Under the pieces are notes generated by a model. It saw only the letters and a list, made by a program, of their open reading frames with translations. It made no database searches and was not told the DNA's origin. Positions 60,746-64,000 of a stretch of 64,000 nucleotides of DNA are shown here, in pieces. Made by a program: the position numbers and the translations under genes. Every line of letters begins with the position of its first letter. Positions within the stretch are counted from its first letter, which is position 1. The DNA is from Eledone cirrhosa (Eukaryota): positions 9,362,001-9,426,000 of the forward strand of contig OZ024755.1 in NCBI GenBank assembly GCA_964016885.1. Reading direction: 5' to 3'.

Positions 60746-62177
60746 ATATCGAATCTATGAAATTTTATATTATTTATTTTAAGAACAATACCATAACTGT
60801 TTCTACGTTAGGCACAAGGCCAGCAATTATCCAGTGTATTACTGGTACTTTATTTCATCGATGAAAGGCAAAGTTAACCTCGGCGGGATTTGAACTCAGA
60901 ATGGCAAGGGCCGTAACTCTATGCGTCAAAGCATGGCGTCCGACCCTCTACCGATACTGCCAATCTACCGCCCTTGAGAACAATACCATAACATCACTAT
61001 GAGAGGCCAGTCGCGGCTAGTTTGAACAGAAAGAGGTGAGATAATTCTGGCTGAATAAAGCCAGTTTAAATGCTAATGGTTAACTAGAACAAGATACAAG
61101 ACTAACTCATTTTTGTACCATATCCCATTTAACTAATTACATTAAACCAACATGGCCTGGTTTATTTCATAAATTGGCAAATGTAACTTTTTGTATGTGA
61201 TTTACTTTTTCATAGGTTTTCAAAAAATGAATTAAAAAACGGTTGGAAATTTGCATTTTATCTAATGATATGTAAATCATTTATGTGGGGAGGTGCATGG
61301 TTTAGTGGTTACTGTGTTCGGTTCGTGATCCTATAGTCTGTGTTCGATTCACATTGCTCCAGTCTACTCAGCTGGCAAAAGTGAGCTGTATTTGAAGTTC
61401 AAATGTCCTTCCTTGTCACACACTGTTTCATGCTGAATCTCCCTGAGAATTACATTATTATGTCTTGTCCAATAATAAAAGACTCGAGGAGGAACCATTG
61501 TTGAACTGAGCTTAACCCTTTAGCATTTACATTACTCTATATATACTATTGTATTTTCACAGAAAAGGCTTTACCTCACATAATATTGAATCTATGAGAT
61601 TTTGATGTTATTTATTTTGAGAACAATACCTTAACATTGGTATAAGCAGCCAGTTATGACCAATTTGAACAGAAAGAGGTTAGAACATTCTGGCCAGATA
61701 TGGTTGGTTTAAATGATAAAGGGTTAAGGAATTGGTTATCTTAAATTTGGCTATGACTCTGTTAGATGACTCAATAAGAAGAAGAAAGAATACTAATTAC
61801 TGTGTAATTATATTGATTTTTTTTAATTCTTATGTTCTATTGTTGGTTTTTTGCTAGCCTTGCCTTATTTCATGACTGCTTGAATAGTGTACTCTAGGAT
61901 ATAAGTATCAATAGGGATAGACTTTTCATCGATATTTATATTCATAGAGATTATATCAATTCTATGATACACATACCCACACACACATATATAAACCTTC
62001 ATTTCCCTCTATTCATATTGTTCACAATCAAATTACTGTGTTAGCGCAGGTGACCATTAAGATATAATTCTGTGACATACATACACTGACAGATACACAC
62101 ACATACATAGCACACATACATACATATATACTCTCTCTATATATATGTTGTTTTTTCTCAGTAGCAGCTGACAAAAG

Positions 62178-62968
62178 ATGAACAGTGAAACTGAAAATAG
62201 CCATTTACTGCTGTCAAATTCAGGAGGTAGAAAATGTTGTCTTCCATTAAACGAAGAAAGTCCTTTTTTTCACACTGGTGCTAGTATGGTGGTTAAGTAC
62301 ACATTCTTTTTCTAGTCTTTTATTATATTTATTTATTTCAGTTATTAGACTAAGGCCATGTTAAAGCACTACTCTGACTTAACCCTTTAGTATTCACATT
62401 ACTCTATATATACTATTATATTTTCATGGTAAATGCTTTATCTCACATAATATCGAAAGTATTTATTTTGAAAACAATACCTTAACATCAGTTTGAGCGA
62501 CTGGTTACTGCCAGTTTCAACAGAAAGATGTAGAGAATTCTGGCCGGTTTTGGCCAATTTGAACATTAAAGGGTTAAAGGGGATTTAGTCGAGCATATCA
62601 ACCCCAGTTATTATTTTCTTTTTTTTTTTCAAGTCTGGTACTATTTTATCAGATTCTTTTTTTTTTATCGAACCATTAAGTTACAGATAAACATAAACAC
62701 TGACATACACACACACAGTGGCATATATATATCATCATCATCATCGTTTAACGTCTATCTTCCACGCTAGCATGAGTTAGACGAGAATTGTCCCACTTGA
62801 GGCAAGATTGATCGGGTGACCGTGTCTCGCTCATATAGGACTGTATCTGGCAGGTTTTCTACGGCTGGATGCCCTTCCTAACACCAACCACATATATAGT
62901 TAAAGAAATGACAAGACAAACACAGATACAAAAAACAAAGGTTTATTAGTATACACTGAAGAGGTGTG

Positions 62969-63021
<53 letters not shown>

Positions 63022-64000
63022 CCTATGTACAAAGCGAAACTTACAGTCAGTAGGCACCTCTTAACCAAATATACACCCCAATCTACTACCCCTACCCTAT
63101 CCTCCCACTCCCACCAACAGCACGAGAAAATGAGATCGAGTTCGTGTAGGTGTCATGACAAAAAAAACACACACAGTCCACGCTGTAATGTGGCCGTGTA
63201 GGTAACACGGTAAAAAGTTCCCAGTTCCACACTGTAAATGTGGTTGGTGTTAGGAAGGGCATCCAGCCGTAGAAAACCTGCCAGATAGTCCTATATGAGC
63301 GAGACACGGTAACCCGACCAGCCTTGCCTCAAGTGGGACAACTCCCGTCTAACCCATGCTAGCGTGGAAAATGGACGTTAAACGAAGATGATGATGATGA
63401 TGATATTATGGGGGTGGGGAGGGGTGCGTGTGTGTGTGTGTGAACAAAAATGTAGACAGAAAAACAGTTACATGAGACAAACAAGTACCAGTAATGCACA
63501 AGGGTCGATTTAATCGACTTTCCCCCCCTCTCCCTAAATTGTTGGCCTTGTGCCTAAATCAGAAAGCATTATTATTATTATTATTCTGTGTTCAGATCCC
63601 ACTGAGGTTAGCTTTGCCTTTCATCCTTACAGGGTCGATAAAATAAAGTATCAGTAATGCACTGGGGTCGACTTAATCGACTTTCCCCTCCCCCAAAATT
63701 GCTGGTCTTGTGCCTAAATCAAAAACCATTCTTTACATTTCTTCTTCTTCTTTCAGGTGTTCACTTCGTTGCTTGGTTTGAATTCCTTCTTCTTACTCTC
63801 TACTGACATCTATGCAACATCACAGATTACAACATTAGAGAAATATTTCAACTTACGAAGTTCTCATATTGGTTTCTTGTTCATTGCCAACCAAATAGGA
63901 TTCATTGTGTCTTTATTGGTGTTTACCTGTATCTTCAAAGATGTACACAGACCATTGTTCATGGCCTACAGCGGTATCTTCACAGGGGTTGGTTGTTTGA
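62178..64000 (+). CDS. SLCO/OATP organic anion transporter family member, 5' partial (exons 62178-62291 and 63757->64000)
   Basis: The exon after tttcag at 63757 reads VFTSLLGLNSFFLLSTDIYATSQITTLEKYFNLRSSHIGFLFIANQIGFIVSLLVFTCIFKDVHRPLFMAYSGIFTGVGCL. SQITTLEK.F.L.SS..G and HRP are OATP TM1-TM3 hallmarks. The upstream ATG exon joins in phase 0 but its donor is weaker. Confidence 0.75.
63020..63404 (+). mobile_element. 5'-truncated copy of the RTE LINE 3'UTR (a shorter antisense copy lies at 62733-62891)
   Basis: Colinear with 46925-47315 from GCCTA.GTACAAAGC to the (GAT)n tail. Confidence 0.75.

Overview
AT-rich, microsatellite-dense eukaryotic DNA. The SINE, RTE-LINE and (TA)n/(CA)n content suggests an octopus or other coleoid cephalopod (inference). 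Most ORF-track entries are microsatellite artefacts. By following GT-AG sites and codon phase by hand I reconstructed four spliced genes: (1) a 31-coding-exon WDR64-like WD40 gene (minus, 23574->2107, ~1147 aa); (2) a 13-exon Slob/PXK-family pseudokinase (minus, 39363->31197, ~531 aa) with an N-terminal transmembrane anchor where PXK has its PX domain, and a C-terminal polyproline+WH2 tail; (3) DALRD3 (plus, 44012->56720, 13 exons, ~577 aa); (4) the 5' part of an SLCO/OATP transporter (plus, from 62178 off the window end). Introns hold tRNA-derived SINEs, RTE, CRE and Penelope-like fragments, and piggyBac-, mariner- and hAT-like MITEs. Best leads: a 438-bp near-perfect inverted duplication bracketing exactly 300 nt of in-frame DALRD3 exons; a dispersed set of fold-back elements built from halves of Penelope-type hammerhead ribozyme cassettes, plus two near-intact minimal hammerheads; a SINE insertion whose target-site duplication copied a splice donor; and a relic duplicate that preserves the empty site of a LINE insertion. 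Gene names come from recalled family motifs, not database searches.
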